This document shows, one piece after another, positions 21,478 to 33,735 of a DNA stretch of 64,000 nt. The stretch's first letter is position 1; the number at the start of each line of letters is the position of its first letter. Source of the DNA: Candidatus Marinacidobacterales bacterium (lineage in GTDB: Bacteria > Acidobacteriota > Vicinamibacteria > Marinacidobacterales > SMYC01); NCBI GenBank assembly GCA_965237955.1, contig OZ250169.1, positions 928,001-992,000 on the forward strand, in the 5' to 3' direction. Both the position numbers and the translations under genes were made by a program. The notes under the pieces are model-generated. The model made no database searches. It had not been told where the DNA came from and was given only the letters and a program-made list of their open reading frames with translations.

Positions 21478-21900
21478 CCCCGCGTGTCTACCCTCGAGAT
21501 CGTGCTCGTTTCGGGAGACGTTCCGTAGAAGACGATCGCCGCGTCGAGCTTCGGCTGGTTCACCGCGTAGCGAAAGCTCTCTCCACCACCCCAGCAAAAA
21601 CCGATCGTCGCCGTCTTGCCGTTCGAGATCGTTAGAGCGTGCCGGCGTACGGCGTCAATGGCGGCGTGGATCTGAGTGCCCGTGAGCTTCCGCATCGCGA
21701 GCCCGACATAACCCGAGGCGGCGACCTGGAGAGCGGCGGCGCGCGTCCAATCGTTCAAGCCGCGGATTCCGTGGATGAGAACGACCGCAGGCCGTTGCTT
21801 GCCGGCCTCGGGATAAACGACCCAAGTCCGGAGTGGCGCTTCTCCGCCGCGATCGATCTCGATCCAACCGCCCTGGTGCTGCGGGCTCCGAATAATGCGG
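21474..21900 (-). pseudogene. Dienelactone hydrolase family remnant
   Basis: PAVVLIHGIRGLNDW and IGFCWGGG nucleophile motif; central and C-terminal parts missing. Confidence 0.7.
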
Positions 21901-21987
21901 AAACGACTCTTGCCGAGGTAGGCCCCGGCCTTGCCAATTCGACGCGGAGTTTCGATATCATCTCGGACCGGGGTGGACGCAATTCGG

Positions 21988-23637
21988 ATGCTTTCCAGAA
22001 ACGTGCTCGTAGCACTCGCCGTCGTTGCGATGACCACGAAGTGCGGCTCGAACGAGCCCGCGCCTCTCGTCGTTCTCATTGGTCTCGATGGCGCGAGCCT
22101 CGACATCGTCGATGATCTGCGCGCCCGAGGACGTCTGCCGACGTTCGACCGGCTGATCCGAACCGGAGCCTCTGGCCCACTTCAGTCCTGGGCATCCCAG
22201 CCCATCATGCACGTCAACCGCCGCCGAGGATTCTTGTCGCCCATCGTTTGGACATCGATCGCGACGGGAAAGATACCCGAAAAGCGTGGCGTTCGAGACT
22301 TCGTGCTGCCGATACCCGGGACCGCGTCCGTGTGGATGGGCTCGGATGAGGATACTGCGAGGGCTCGTATCGCACTGCCCGAGATTCATGGCCGATCCCC
22401 TTGGACGCTCGAGATGCGCCTTCATTCGTTCGGTCTGGCGGGTTCGCAGTCGGCTCAGGTCTGGTGGAACGGTGAGCTTCTCGGCACCGTTCAGTTGGAC
22501 TCGGACTGGAGCGTGATCTCTGTGTCCGTCGCTTCCGAGCATTTGCAGCCGGTGAAGAACGAACTGGAGCTCGTATTCGCGCGACAAGATCGCGCAAACG
22601 ACGGGACGCGGCGCGCGGCGGAACTTGCCTGGTTACGCATCGTAGACGCTACAGGCACTCAGGTCCTGTCCCTCGATCCAGTGCTGGATCGAGACCGCCT
22701 CGAACGCGGATTCTATTCCCCCCGCGGGCGGCTCACCGAAGTGCAAAGCGTTCACTGGCGGGCGAAACCGTTTTGGAGTCTTCTCGGGGACGCCGGAATA
22801 CCGGTGGGTGTCATCGGTTACTGGGGAACATGGCCCGCCTACGAAGTGAACGGTTTCCTGATCTCATCCCGTATGGGGATTCGCGAGCAGCGGACGGGAA
22901 GCGGCAAGCTCACGTGGCCTCGTGAGCTCGCTTCAGAGCTCGAGCCCCTCAGCCCCGTCATAGGTGATCTAGCAGCGACATTCGAGCGGCTTCACCTCTC
23001 GGAGTGCGATCCTCCACTCGTCGATCGGCAGTCGGTTCTGAAGAAGATCCTTCTACAGGACGAGTACTACGTGCGGATGGCACGAGAGCTCTTGCCGAAG
23101 ATGGAATCGGGACTCTTCGCGATCTATCTGCGATCCATCGATGTCGCGGGCCATCCCACGCTACATTGGCGCCACGGCGCAGCGATCCCCGAGAGCTGTC
23201 CGGAGTCCGTGCGTGATGTCATGGACGAGACTTATGGACAGATCGACCTGTGGATCAACGAGGTTCTCCAAGCGCTTCCGCGCCGTGCGACGGTGGTCGT
23301 CGTCTCGGATCACGGCATGCAGCCTATAGAAGGCGGTGGACACCATGCGCCGTTCGGACTGTTCATCGCGCAAGGCGAAGGTCTGAGACGCGGGGAAACC
23401 TTTCACGGGTCGACGGTGCTGGACGTTGCGCCGACCATACTGCACCTCCTGGGCGCTGAAGTGCCACTGGATATGGATGGAAAAGTGCTTGCGCCGATGT
23501 ACGAGAGCGCGTGGCTCGCGAGAAACGCACCACGTTACGCCGACATCGATACAACGCTCGAGAGCGAAGCGGACGTCGAGACCGAGGCTAGCGAAGACGC
23601 GCTCGAGCAGCTTCGTGCCCTCGGCTACATCGAGTGA
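21988..23637 (+). CDS. Alkaline phosphatase superfamily (nucleotide pyrophosphatase/phosphodiesterase-like) protein
   Basis: LIGLDGA, SPIVWTSIATG, SDHG, DVAPTILHLLG, EQLRALGYI. Confidence 0.88.
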   Translation: MLSRNVLVALAVVAMTTKCGSNEPAPLVVLIGLDGASLDIVDDLRARGRLPTFDRLIRTGASGPLQSWASQPIMHVNRRRGFLSPIVWTSIATGKIPEKRGVRDFVLPIPGTASVWMGSDEDTARARIALPEIHGRSPWTLEMRLHSFGLAGSQSAQVWWNGELLGTVQLDSDWSVISVSVASEHLQPVKNELELVFARQDRANDGTRRAAELAWLRIVDATGTQVLSLDPVLDRDRLERGFYSPRGRLTEVQSVHWRAKPFWSLLGDAGIPVGVIGYWGTWPAYEVNGFLISSRMGIREQRTGSGKLTWPRELASELEPLSPVIGDLAATFERLHLSECDPPLVDRQSVLKKILLQDEYYVRMARELLPKMESGLFAIYLRSIDVAGHPTLHWRHGAAIPESCPESVRDVMDETYGQIDLWINEVLQALPRRATVVVVSDHGMQPIEGGGHHAPFGLFIAQGEGLRRGETFHGSTVLDVAPTILHLLGAEVPLDMDGKVLAPMYESAWLARNAPRYADIDTTLESEADVETEASEDALEQLRALGYIE

Positions 23638-23671
23638 CGCACGAACGAGCCGCCAATGATACTTCCGCTTC

Positions 23672-24019
23672 GTGGAACACGAGAAAGAGCTGCGTGGAGA
23701 GACGATGGATTGGAAACGCCTGCTGGCCCATATCACCGGCTCAGTGGATCAAGAGCTCCTGCTGCGCAACGAGTATCTCACTGCCTCTCTCGAAGCTGAT
23801 CTTGTTCGGCGAGGCCGCACTGAGGCAGTGTTTGATTTCCTATCTCGCTCATTATCATGGAGAACGAAACCATCAAGGCAAGGAGAACGTCATTCTCTTT
23901 CCGTCAGAGTCTGTAGAAGGCAGCGATCGCGGCGAAGGGCCAATCCGCTGTCGGGAAAGCCTCGGCGGGCTGCTGAAATATTACTACAGGGACGCCGCAT
24001 GAGTTTTTTGACCACGCGG
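23672..24019 (+). mobile_element. Internally deleted rve-integrase element
   Basis: N-terminus MDWKRLLAHITGSVDQELLLRNEYL joined to C-terminus HYHGERNHQGKEN...LGGLLKYYYRDAA; end GAGTTTTTTGACCACGCGG. Confidence 0.75.
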
Positions 24020-25417
24020 GGTCTCATCTGGCTTTTCTTGGCTATCCTGGGCGTGACGCTCGCCTTGGCGAGCACCAGCACCTTATTTTATGAAGGCCGG
24101 CCGGAGAGGCGACCGTCTCCCTCGGTTTCGGCCATACTCGCCGATGACGGCTCTGAATCCCTCGACTACTGGCCGCAGTGGCGCGGGCCCCTGGGCACCG
24201 GCGTCGCGCCGCGCGCCAACCCGCCGTTGGAGTGGAGCGAGGACAAGAACATCCGTTGGAAGCTCGCGCTTCCGGGCAGAGGGCATTCGACGCCCGTCGT
24301 CTGGGGCGATCGCATTTTCCTGACCGCTGCCATTTCTTCAGGAGGCCAAGTCCCGCCGCCGGCCGGCCGCCGCCCCGGTGCGCACGACGGTCTCCCGGTG
24401 GTGCGTCGCCAATCATTCGCCGTGCTTGCCGTCAACCGCCGCGACGGCAAGATCGTTTGGCAAAGGACGGTTCGTGAACTCATACCAAATGAAGGCATTC
24501 ACTACACGGGAAGCTTCGCGTCCAACTCCCCGGTTGTCGACGGTGAGCGGGTGTTCGCCTTTTTCGGTTCCTACGGCCTTTTACTGCCTCGATTGGAACG
24601 GTGAGCTCCTATGGGAAACCAATTTGGGCGACATGCATACCAAGCACGGGCACGGCGAGGGCAGTTCGCCGATTGTCCACGACGATACCCTGCTCGTCAA
24701 CTGGGACCACGAAGGCCCGTCGTTTGTCGTCGCCTTCGACAAGAGAACCGGCAAGGAGCGCTGGAAGGTCGAGCGTGACGAGCCCACGTCGTGGGCGACC
24801 CCGGTGGTTGTCGAGCATGACGGAAAGCATCAGGTCATCGTGAGCGGCACAAATCGTGTGCGAGGGTACGACCTGTTGACCGGTGAAGTGATCTGGGAAT
24901 GCGCGGGGCTATCGGCCAACGTCGTTGCCTCTCCGGTGGCCGCAGACGGTATGGTCTACGCCGGCAGCAGTTACGACACGCGGAACCTCCTGGCCATCCG
25001 CCTCGCGGGCTCGACGGGCGACATTACCGGAACTAACCGGGTCGCATGGACCCGCCATCGAGGCACTCCCTACGTACCGTCACTCTTGCTCTACGGAGAC
25101 GTGTTGTATGTCGTCTACCACTACCAGGGAATCCTGACACGCTTGCACGCCAAGACCGGCGAGGAGCGGCCAGGCCCCTTCCGGCTCGGCGGCTTGGGCA
25201 ACATCTATGCTTCGCCCGTGGGCGCCGGAGGCCGCGTCTACATCACCGACCTCGATGGCGCGACACTGGTGATTACCCACGACGACACCCCAAGGCGTTG
25301 GCACTCAACTTTCTCGAGGACCGCTTCAGCGCCTCGGCCGCTATCGCCGGGGGCGAGCTGTTCCTGCGCGGGGAGCGATACCTATACAGCATCGCGGAAG
25401 AACGAGAGATGAAATGA
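24020..25417 (+). pseudogene. PQQ-binding-like (BamB-like) beta-propeller, frameshifts near 24580 and 25290
   Basis: WPQWRGP, GHSTPVVWGDRIF, SWATP, ASPV motifs spread across three frames. Confidence 0.85.
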
Positions 25418-25713
25418 AGCGGCGAGCCACCCGCGTTGTCGCATGCTGGATGGACCTTGGCTCGAGACGGAAGAAAGATCGCCAGACTCACGGCGGCCCC
25501 AGGGTTGGTCGACCAGCGGAGGCGGCCGGAGCCGGTGCGGTTTCAGCAAGCGGGTAGTGAAGCCTTCTGGAGGAGCTAGACCACGAGGAACCGTCTGAAC
25601 CTCATGACTGTGCTGTCGACCATGATCGGCCTCGGTACTTTCGACGAGCTCCACTTTGACCTGCCCTGGAAAAACGTGGCAGGCTTCGACGCGAGTGGAC
25701 GAAGAATCATCTC

Positions 25714-26312
25714 GACGCGGTGGCCCGGAGAGCCGCGAGAATCTTGTCGAGCTCGGTTTCCGGCACCTCGAGGAGGGAGAGCCGCAGGAGGCCCTTCGCC
25801 TCGCCGACCAAGCTGCCTCGCTCGACGAAAATTACGTCGAAGCCCACGAAGTCCGAGCTCTGGCCCTTACTTTGTTGGGGCGCATCGACGAAGCGGACGG
25901 CGCTTTCTCTCGCGCTGCGGAGCTCGATCCCGAGGACTACTTCAGGCCTTTCCGGCTCGAAGGGACTGCGTTCGACGACGCCGTCGAACAGACGCTCCTC
26001 AGATTGCCACCTCAGTTTCGCGAGTTTCTGGAAAATGTCGAGGTCGGAGTCGAGGACACCCTGTCGCCGGAGCTCATCGCGGAAGGGCTGGAGTTCGATC
26101 TTCTCGGCGTTTATATCGGTCAGACGGCCGGCTCCGACGACTGGGACTTTCCCGACCGCGTCGTTTTGTTTCAGCGCAACATCGAGAACATTTCGCCCGA
26201 CCGCGAAACACTGCTCGCCGAGATCCGCGACACGCTTCTCCACGAAGTGGGCCACCACTTTGGAATGGATGAGGACACGCTACGAGAGATTGAAGACGGA
26301 GACGAAGCGTGA
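25714..26312 (+). CDS. TPR + zincin-like metallopeptidase (DUF1025-like), probably 5'-truncated
   Basis: TPR helices; LLGVYIG, PDRVVLFQRNI, LLHEVGHHFG. Confidence 0.75.
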
Positions 26313-26718
26313 TGGACATCCACTGCACATTCTCCCGCTACGCGATCGGTTTCAGCCGGGCGGTGAATGACGGAGAAAAAGGTGCCTCGTAGGTGAGCTC
26401 CAAGGTTGGGGCTCGCGCCTCCGCGCGTTTTTGTGCGCCAGTATGGGTCGTTTCCCCCCAATGTTGGGAGCGAATTTGCCCCCGCACCCCTCTGAACGGA
26501 ATTTGAGCTCACTCGTCTAAGGTCGTTGATTCCGCGTGGCGCGCCCCATGTTCGAGAACCTGGTGTTTCTTGAACGCGGGAACAAACGCCAATGCGGGCG
26601 AGATTCCCGCCATCTTAAGCAGAACGCGGATATCTCATCGTCGCCGCAAAACGTAGCCGAGTTTCTCAAAATCAAAGAACATGGCCTTCGGATCATGGCG
26701 GTCGAAGGTGGCAAGCGT

Positions 26719-26892
26719 TTAGTTGGTCATTTCAATAGCCGCATCATTGCCTTCGGACCCTGGCGGATAATGTCCTTCGAACGACAGAGAGATCACCCAG
26801 GCTGGATAAAATCTCTGGCCGCACGCACGCTGTGCCATCGAAATGAGGTCTTCTCGAGACACGCAAAGGTAGGCATCCAAATAGCTATTCAT
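26719..26892 (-). CDS. Small hypothetical protein (57 aa) or gene remnant
   Basis: GAGGAGG SD directly after the methyltransferase stop; below ORF-track size; no recognisable motif. Confidence 0.3.
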   Translation of the reverse strand: MNSYLDAYLCVSREDLISMAQRACGQRFYPAWVISLSFEGHYPPGSEGNDAAIEMTN

Positions 26893-26914
26893 TCGGCCTC
26901 CTCGATTGATGACT

Positions 26915-27670
26915 TCATCGCTTCGTCCCGACCACGATGCCGTAGCCGAGCTGCTTGCTTGAGAAGATTCTCTTGGTCCTCAGGACCCTCCACAAGCCGC
27001 GAATTCCCCAACGACGGAAGATCCGCCAAGCAAGTCTCAGCTGCCCGATTAGGCCCAGCTGTTTTTTCGATTCCTTCATCCAGTGGGGAATCAAAGAGGA
27101 CTTGTCAACGGCGCCAATCTGCGTCAGGCCGGCCTGGCCGAACAACCGCTGCCATCCTTGCAGAGTTTCCGGCCTTTCGCCTTCGATTTCCGCAAGCGTC
27201 TGTTGCAGCTCCTCGGGAGCGTCCGCTTGCCAGCACAGGTCGTGCATACCGACACGCCCACCGGGCATGACCACGCGCACCATCTCTCCGAGAACCTGCT
27301 CCTTGTCCAAGAGACAAAGGGTGCACTCGCAGATGACGACGTCAAACGAGGCGTCCGGGAAGGGAAGGTGATGCGCGTCTCCTTTTCGGAGATCCACCTG
27401 CAACCCTCTGGCCTGCACCTTCTGTTCCGCGTGGCGGATCATTTGCCGCGACCAGTCCAGGCCAACGACGCGAGCCCCGAATCGCTCGGTCAGAAAGCAC
27501 CCTGTCTCTCCGGTACCGCAAGCGACGTCCAGGACTTCTGTTCCCGTTTGGATCTTGCACAGCTCAGCAAGTTCCTGCGCTAACGCCAAGCCGCCCGGGT
27601 GAAGAATCTCGACTTCTAAGAGCCCGGTTTCGACAAGGTTCTCCAGTGAAGCCTGTTCGATTGTTTCCAT
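26915..27670 (-). CDS. Class I SAM-dependent methyltransferase
   Basis: HPGGLAL, VLDVACGTG, GDAHHLPFPDASFDVVICE. Confidence 0.9.
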   Translation of the reverse strand: METIEQASLENLVETGLLEVEILHPGGLALAQELAELCKIQTGTEVLDVACGTGETGCFLTERFGARVVGLDWSRQMIRHAEQKVQARGLQVDLRKGDAHHLPFPDASFDVVICECTLCLLDKEQVLGEMVRVVMPGGRVGMHDLCWQADAPEELQQTLAEIEGERPETLQGWQRLFGQAGLTQIGAVDKSSLIPHWMKESKKQLGLIGQLRLAWRIFRRWGIRGLWRVLRTKRIFSSKQLGYGIVVGTKR

Positions 27671-27735
27671 GGATCCTGGTAACCGTTACTTGCGCGTTTG
27701 CGTCATGCCTGGCCGTTCGAGAGCCTCGTGTCGGT

Positions 27736-28170
27736 TTATCTACGGAGTTGACGGGGCTGAGCGACTGAACTGTAGTCGCGGGAGTTCTTGATGCGTGCGA
27801 GCGTCTCCAACAAGTTCCTTGTCGACTCGAATGGCCAGTCGTGGCCCTGCCCCATTTCGTGTGCCCGCGCCCCGAGAGCACCCATGAAGCGGTGGAACTT
27901 ACGAACGGCTGACAGCGTATCGAGTCCCGTGAATCGACATCGCCGCTCCTCGAAAAGGACGCCGATGGCATGGAGAAAGCGGATATCGTCTGGGGGGGAA
28001 AGGCCTGCGGGGTCGTTCAAGCGTTGTCGTTGGCCGACAGTGGGCGCATCCGTGCGCTCGCAGTTAATGAAGATCCGGACGACGTCACGACCCGGAGTTA
28101 CGTTTCGGCGGGCTGCGTATCCAATAAATCCCAAGCGTTCTACCTCGCAGGACTCTTTAATACTACCCAC
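27736..28170 (-). pseudogene. Possible degraded FAD-dependent monooxygenase remnant
   Basis: GARAHEMGQG weakly resembles the GDAAH...GQG motif. Confidence 0.25.
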
Positions 28171-28186
28171 GGCTCAATTCGCCTTC

Positions 28187-28519
28187 TCACGCTTCGGAAT
28201 CCGCTCCGAGGCGCCTCAGGAAAACCTTCATTTCTTTCACGGTCTGCAAATCTCCGGTCTCGAGACCCATGGCGATACCATCTTCATAGGCACGTCGGGC
28301 CTCGTCCTTGCGGCCCAACTTCTCCAAGGATTTGCCCAACTGACGGTATGCCGCAGTGTAGTTGGGGTTGACGCGGATGGCCTCTTCAAAGCTCTCGACG
28401 GCGTCCGCGAAGCGGCCGCTTTTTGAGAGCTCGTTTCCAAGCCCGTAATGAAGCATCGGATCCCGTGGGTCCTTGGCAAGGAACTCCTGGAACTTTTGAA
28501 TTCGGCTGTCGTCGGCCAT
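28187..28519 (-). CDS. Tetratricopeptide repeat protein
   Basis: DPRDPMLHYGLG, NPNYTAAYRQLG TPR pattern. Confidence 0.85.
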   Translation of the reverse strand: MADDSRIQKFQEFLAKDPRDPMLHYGLGNELSKSGRFADAVESFEEAIRVNPNYTAAYRQLGKSLEKLGRKDEARRAYEDGIAMGLETGDLQTVKEMKVFLRRLGADSEA

Positions 28520-29044
28520 GCTTTTTTCCCGGAAGGCGATTTAGCACTTCTCAGGGTGCTTCCGCCGTCTACTGTTGGTGATGTGTACGCATTCTCTCGC
28601 ACAGAAGGCGCTTCCGCCGAGTTTAACGCGAACCGAAGTCGACAGGGCCCAATTTGACTGTAAGCCATTGCACCATAAAGCCTTAACTTCATTGCGCCAA
28701 CACCTCTTGACGGAAGCACCGAGAATTCGGATTAGTGAAGGATCGGAATTTCGCACGTTGCTATTTTACTCCCGCAACGGGCGCATTTGGAATTTCGGCC
28801 AGCGATCCGGGGCGTATTCGTAACTAGCTGAAAACAGCTCATCAAATAGCGCCGTCGTCCATGCGGCGGTCGCTCTTGCGGAGGGATCATCCAAGTTCAG
28901 GCCCCAACTTGGGAACATAACCGCTCAAAAACCGTCGGAATTGTGTTGGGCGGACGGCCAACAGGCCAGAGGTGTCAACGCCGGCCGAAAACTGCGCATT
29001 CATGGCGGATGAAAATTACACACCCGAGCCATGGGTGGCGAACC

Positions 29045-29884
29045 CTATGACGCCGTCGCCTCCGTGTATTTCCTATGAGATTTAGCCGGCGGGTGAGGTT
29101 CGTCCGAACCCGCCGGATGGAGCGCTCGCCACAGTTCGGAGTGCTCTCTCATGCGGTAACTGTTTCCTCGGATGTTGACGAGGTGGCAGTGGTGCAGAAT
29201 GCGGTCGATGAGAGCGGCGGCCATGACTTCGTCGCCAAGGATCTCGCCCCATTCCTCGAAACTTTTGTTAGAGGTGAGCACGGTCGAAGCGCGCTCGTAT
29301 CGCCTACTTATGAGCTGGAAAAAAAGCACCGCGCCGGTCTGGGTGACGGGTAGGTATCCGATTTCATCGACAACAAGCAGTGACGGATAACTGAGAACCG
29401 CGAGTCGACGAGTGAGGCGGCCCGCGTCACGAGCCTCTTCGAGGGAGGTGATGAGCTCAGCCAGGGTGCCGTAATAGACGCGCCGTCCATTCTGGGCAGC
29501 GGCGATGGCAAGACTAATCGCGAGATGAGTTTTGCCCACACCAGGAGGTCCCAATAAGACGACGTTCTCCTTACGTTCAACGAACCCGAGCTCGTGAAGG
29601 TTCTCAATCTGCTCGCGTTTGATCGATGGCTGGAACGAAAAATCGGACTCATCGATTGTTTTGACCGCGGGGAGTCGTGAGGAGCGCATCGCCGCTTGGA
29701 GACGACGGTTGTTTCTCAACGTGATCTGCGCTCCAAGAAGGTTCTCGATGGCCTCCGCCGTTGTGACCGCACCGCCATCGGCATCAGATAGTACGCGGTC
29801 GACAGCTTCGAGCGCGCCAGGCATCTTTAGGTCGGCCAGCATCGTACGGATCTGCTCACGTCGCGATATTGTGCTCGCCTTCAT
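29045..29884 (-). CDS. istB: IS21 helper ATPase
   Basis: GPPGVGKTHLA, LLVVDEIGY, LTSNKSF, AALIDRILHH. Confidence 0.95.
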   Translation of the reverse strand: MKASTISRREQIRTMLADLKMPGALEAVDRVLSDADGGAVTTAEAIENLLGAQITLRNNRRLQAAMRSSRLPAVKTIDESDFSFQPSIKREQIENLHELGFVERKENVVLLGPPGVGKTHLAISLAIAAAQNGRRVYYGTLAELITSLEEARDAGRLTRRLAVLSYPSLLVVDEIGYLPVTQTGAVLFFQLISRRYERASTVLTSNKSFEEWGEILGDEVMAAALIDRILHHCHLVNIRGNSYRMREHSELWRALHPAGSDEPHPPAKSHRKYTEATAS

Positions 29885-30920
29885 TGTCCACCTCCAACGA
29901 GCCGCGTGTAGACTTCGAGGGGACGATGCTCGACATCCATCGAAGGCAGTGTGGTTAAGCAGGCTTTTGGAGTTCTTCTCGCGGGTTGGTTTGGCAGTAC
30001 AAGAGAGCGATATGGCCGCTCAACGAGCGGTCTCAGAGTGGCCCTTTCATCGCGCGCGAATCGTTCTATCGGTCGTTCGTTGTGCGATGGAGTCGGACGT
30101 TGGCGACGTCACTCAGCCAACGCTCGATCTGAGCATCGAGGTCGTCATCGTTGATAAAGTGGCGACCGTAGAAGAAGCTTCCTCTCACATAGCGGATTGG
30201 CCTTTCCACTTTGCCCTTGGTCTTCGCCCGATACGGGCGACACGCTCTTGTTCGAAACTCCCAGTGGTGGGCGAAGCGGACGAACTCTGGGTTCTCAACG
30301 AGAGGGCCACCTTCCCGGCGGTGATCCTCGACGATGACCGAACGCATCTGGTCAAAAAGGAGCTCTTTGGGAACTCCTCCAAAAAATAGGAAGGCCTGCT
30401 CAAGCCCCGCGAACAACGTCCGCATGTCCTGTCGCTTGAAAAACCGAAGCCATAGCAGCCTCGAGTATCCGAGCACCACGAGAAGTGCCCACCGACGACC
30501 CCATGGCAAACGAAAGTGTGCAAAATCGACCTGAGCTTGGTGGCCTGGTGGGGTCTCGAAACGCACCAGCGGCTCCGCCGGTGGCTGTGGGCGAATCTGC
30601 CGCACGTACTCCTTGACCTGCGTGTAGCCGCCTTCATAGCCCGCGGCACGGATCTCATCATGCAGGCGTACTGAACTCAGCTCCGGGAACTCGTGCAGGC
30701 GCGAATGAAGGATCTCCCGGTACGGGTCGATCCTGCGCTCGATCCGCGGACGCTTCTTGTAGCGCACCGTTTCCTCGTCCAACTCTCGGTCCAGTTGACC
30801 CGTCTTTATCCAGTGGTGGACCGTTCGGCGGCTGATTCCTAGCTTGTCTGCTAGCGCCGCCTTCTTGATTCCCTGCTCCAAATACTCTCGTAGTAACACT
30901 CGTTTCTCCCTTCCGTACAT
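29881..30920 (-). pseudogene. istA: IS21 transposase, frameshift near 30070
   Basis: RFETPPGHQAQVDF, AKTKGKVERPI; C-terminal VEHRPLEVY in another frame overlapping the istB start. Confidence 0.88.
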
Positions 30921-31195
30921 CGGCGCCTCCACTCCGGAAACGCCATTCTGATTGAAGGCGCGCCGTCATGTCTGGCACTCCAGACACACGACAACGGCCT
31001 CCTTTTACGGATGGCCGAGTGTGCAATTTTCGCCCGCCATAAGTGTGCAATTTACGCCCGCCGCTAACAAGAGGAGCCGCTGCACGAGATGACAACACCC
31101 AGATGCCGTTGAGGCGGTGCTACCGAGCCCCCAACCAGCTTTTGGAAGGCGAGCAGAATCCTAGTCCCTGGCCTTGAGCCTCCGCTCCAGATCGC

Positions 31196-31546
31196 TCAGC
31201 AGGTCACGTGCAGGACGGCGTTAGTATGGCGAGCTTCCCGCTTCAATTCCTCGATAGCGTGGGCTGTCGGAAGGATGAGCAATTCGATTTTGCGGTCCTT
31301 TGCTTCGAGCTCCACTTCTTTCATCACTGGCAGTGCGCCGTATGCCCCTGTACCGACTACCAGCCGGCGGCATTTCCACGGTATCTTCTCCTCGACGGAC
31401 AGCGGCGTGTGTCCGAAGGCGTCGCGGAATTTTTCGGACGGTTTTTTCTTGCGCTTCCGGACCTCTCCGCAGTCGATAACCACGTCGTGATCGTGGGTGA
31501 CACCATCTATCTGAATGGAACCAAAAGAAAACTCGTCGAACTGCAC
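31196..31546 (-). CDS. Mth938-like domain protein
   Basis: FGSIQIDG, LVVGTGAYG, C-terminal LHVTC. Confidence 0.85.
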   Translation of the reverse strand: MQFDEFSFGSIQIDGVTHDHDVVIDCGEVRKRKKKPSEKFRDAFGHTPLSVEEKIPWKCRRLVVGTGAYGALPVMKEVELEAKDRKIELLILPTAHAIEELKREARHTNAVLHVTC

Positions 31547-31865
31547 ATTGGACCTCCACAGGTATTTATACCTTTGTCCAACCGGTTTCTAGTCGTCGAA
31601 ACATCACATAGGTTGGGCCTGAATCCTCGCCCCGATCATCATCACCGGGAGCCCCGACCAACAGAACAAATGCCGCCGCTGTCCTCAACAATTCCGTTCG
31701 CGGGGATGAAAGATGCTACAAGGGGACGCGGCGCGCGGTCACTGTGCTGAATAAGCGTCTCAGGCGGCCATTGGTCGATAGCGCCTGAATCGATGCTCGG
31801 ACCACTTGGCAGATGCCTAGGCCGAGCGACGCCCATCGACGCCGCCATCCGTGAACTCGGCTTCC

Positions 31866-32525
<660 letters not shown>

Positions 32526-32892
32526 GATGCCTCCCTCTCAGCCGCAGGTGGTTTTCTCCCTCCCAAAGAGGCTGAGAATCTCCGCCACGACCGAAAACTA
32601 GGCGGCCATTGTGCCATATTCGAGAGTGAGTGGGGTTTGAAATCGAAAAGCCGTTTGGTGTATCTGGATTAGGGGTCTGACAATCATTGGGACGCAAACG
32701 TCCGCTAAGGCGGTTACCGTACTCGCCAACAGACTCCGTACGCCGCCTAACCTTTGCCGTTGCAGTGGCTTCCGTCAGAGCGTAGTGCTCTCCGACGAAG
32801 GCGATGGTTCATTTCTCAAGAGGCGAAACGCTCCCTGGGCGGTCCTCGGGGTGGAATTCTTGAGGTGGCACCACTACATTTTGGGTCCTGCG

Positions 32893-33110
32893 GGGCGTTG
32901 GTGGATAAATCAGTTCGGGACACGCACGGATCCTTTTGAGCGGCCCAACTTACTCCCGACGATCGCTTGGGATTCAGGCTTGCCCACCTCAGCCATCCGG
33001 TTCAATACATTGCACCCGATCCTTGCCTCCCGCTTCTGCGATTCGTAGCCGCGCGCGCGAAGGCTGTTTCCGAGCGTGCGCTTGTACCTGAAGAAAAGAT
33101 TCTCGACGGC
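32893..33110 (-). mobile_element. 3'-end remnant of an IS903-group element
   Basis: End GGCGTTGGTGGATAAATC resembles the IS903 IR; encodes VENLFFRYKRTLG...EARIGCNVLNRM; second remnant at 56091-56232. Confidence 0.75.
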
Positions 33111-33735
33111 GCCCTGTTCATACGGAGAAGTGGTTCACGAAGGACTTCCTCACGATTCGGATCAAGCCCGTGATGTGAACGCCGCCTCGGTGGAGGCGAG
33201 GAAACCGGCATCGGGGGGACAACTCAGTCGGCGCGGAGGTAAAGTCGTAGCGTATTACACGCGGGCGGAGGCGCTGGAGTCACGGTATCGACGATGACCA
33301 CAGCCAAGTGGACGGTTGGTGTCAACCGTCGTTGACACTCTCCGCGAAACCGTTTCGCGGGGGGTACGAGAATCTTCGGCGTCTACGACTTCAGGCGTCC
33401 CAGCGGAGACGACCCGAGCGGGGACGAAGGATAGGATAGTCGAGTCTCTGGCTACGCGGTGCCAGGTCTCGCGAGTGCCCGGCATCCTTGCGGAAACGCT
33501 CGTGCTCGAGTAACTCGAGAGCGTCGCAGCAGGCTTCGATGGAGAGGCCGGATGTGTCCAGCACTCTGTCCGCCCCTGCCACGGGCGCGTACCGTCTCCT
33601 TCTAGTTCTGGGCCCCGGTCACCGATTCAGGCACCATGGTGGCGCTTCCTGCAAACCGCGCTTTGGCCGCGGGACACGCGGTATATAGTATGAGCCCGCA
33701 CCGGGTATCAGATAACAATCATCGAGGGAGGCACG

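Larger units (their letters stand above)
28973..31069 (-). mobile_element. Complete IS21-family element with 5-bp target duplication
   Basis: TGT...ACA ends, repeated subterminal GTGTGCAATTT..GCCCGCC boxes, AGAGG at 28968-28972 and 31070-31074. Confidence 0.95.

Noticed and set aside
26510-26560. TAAGGTCGTTGATT...TGGCGCGCCC resembling a tRNA 3'-end attachment site
   Set aside because: Only about 10 bp match, no T-arm or cloverleaf, no integrase adjacent
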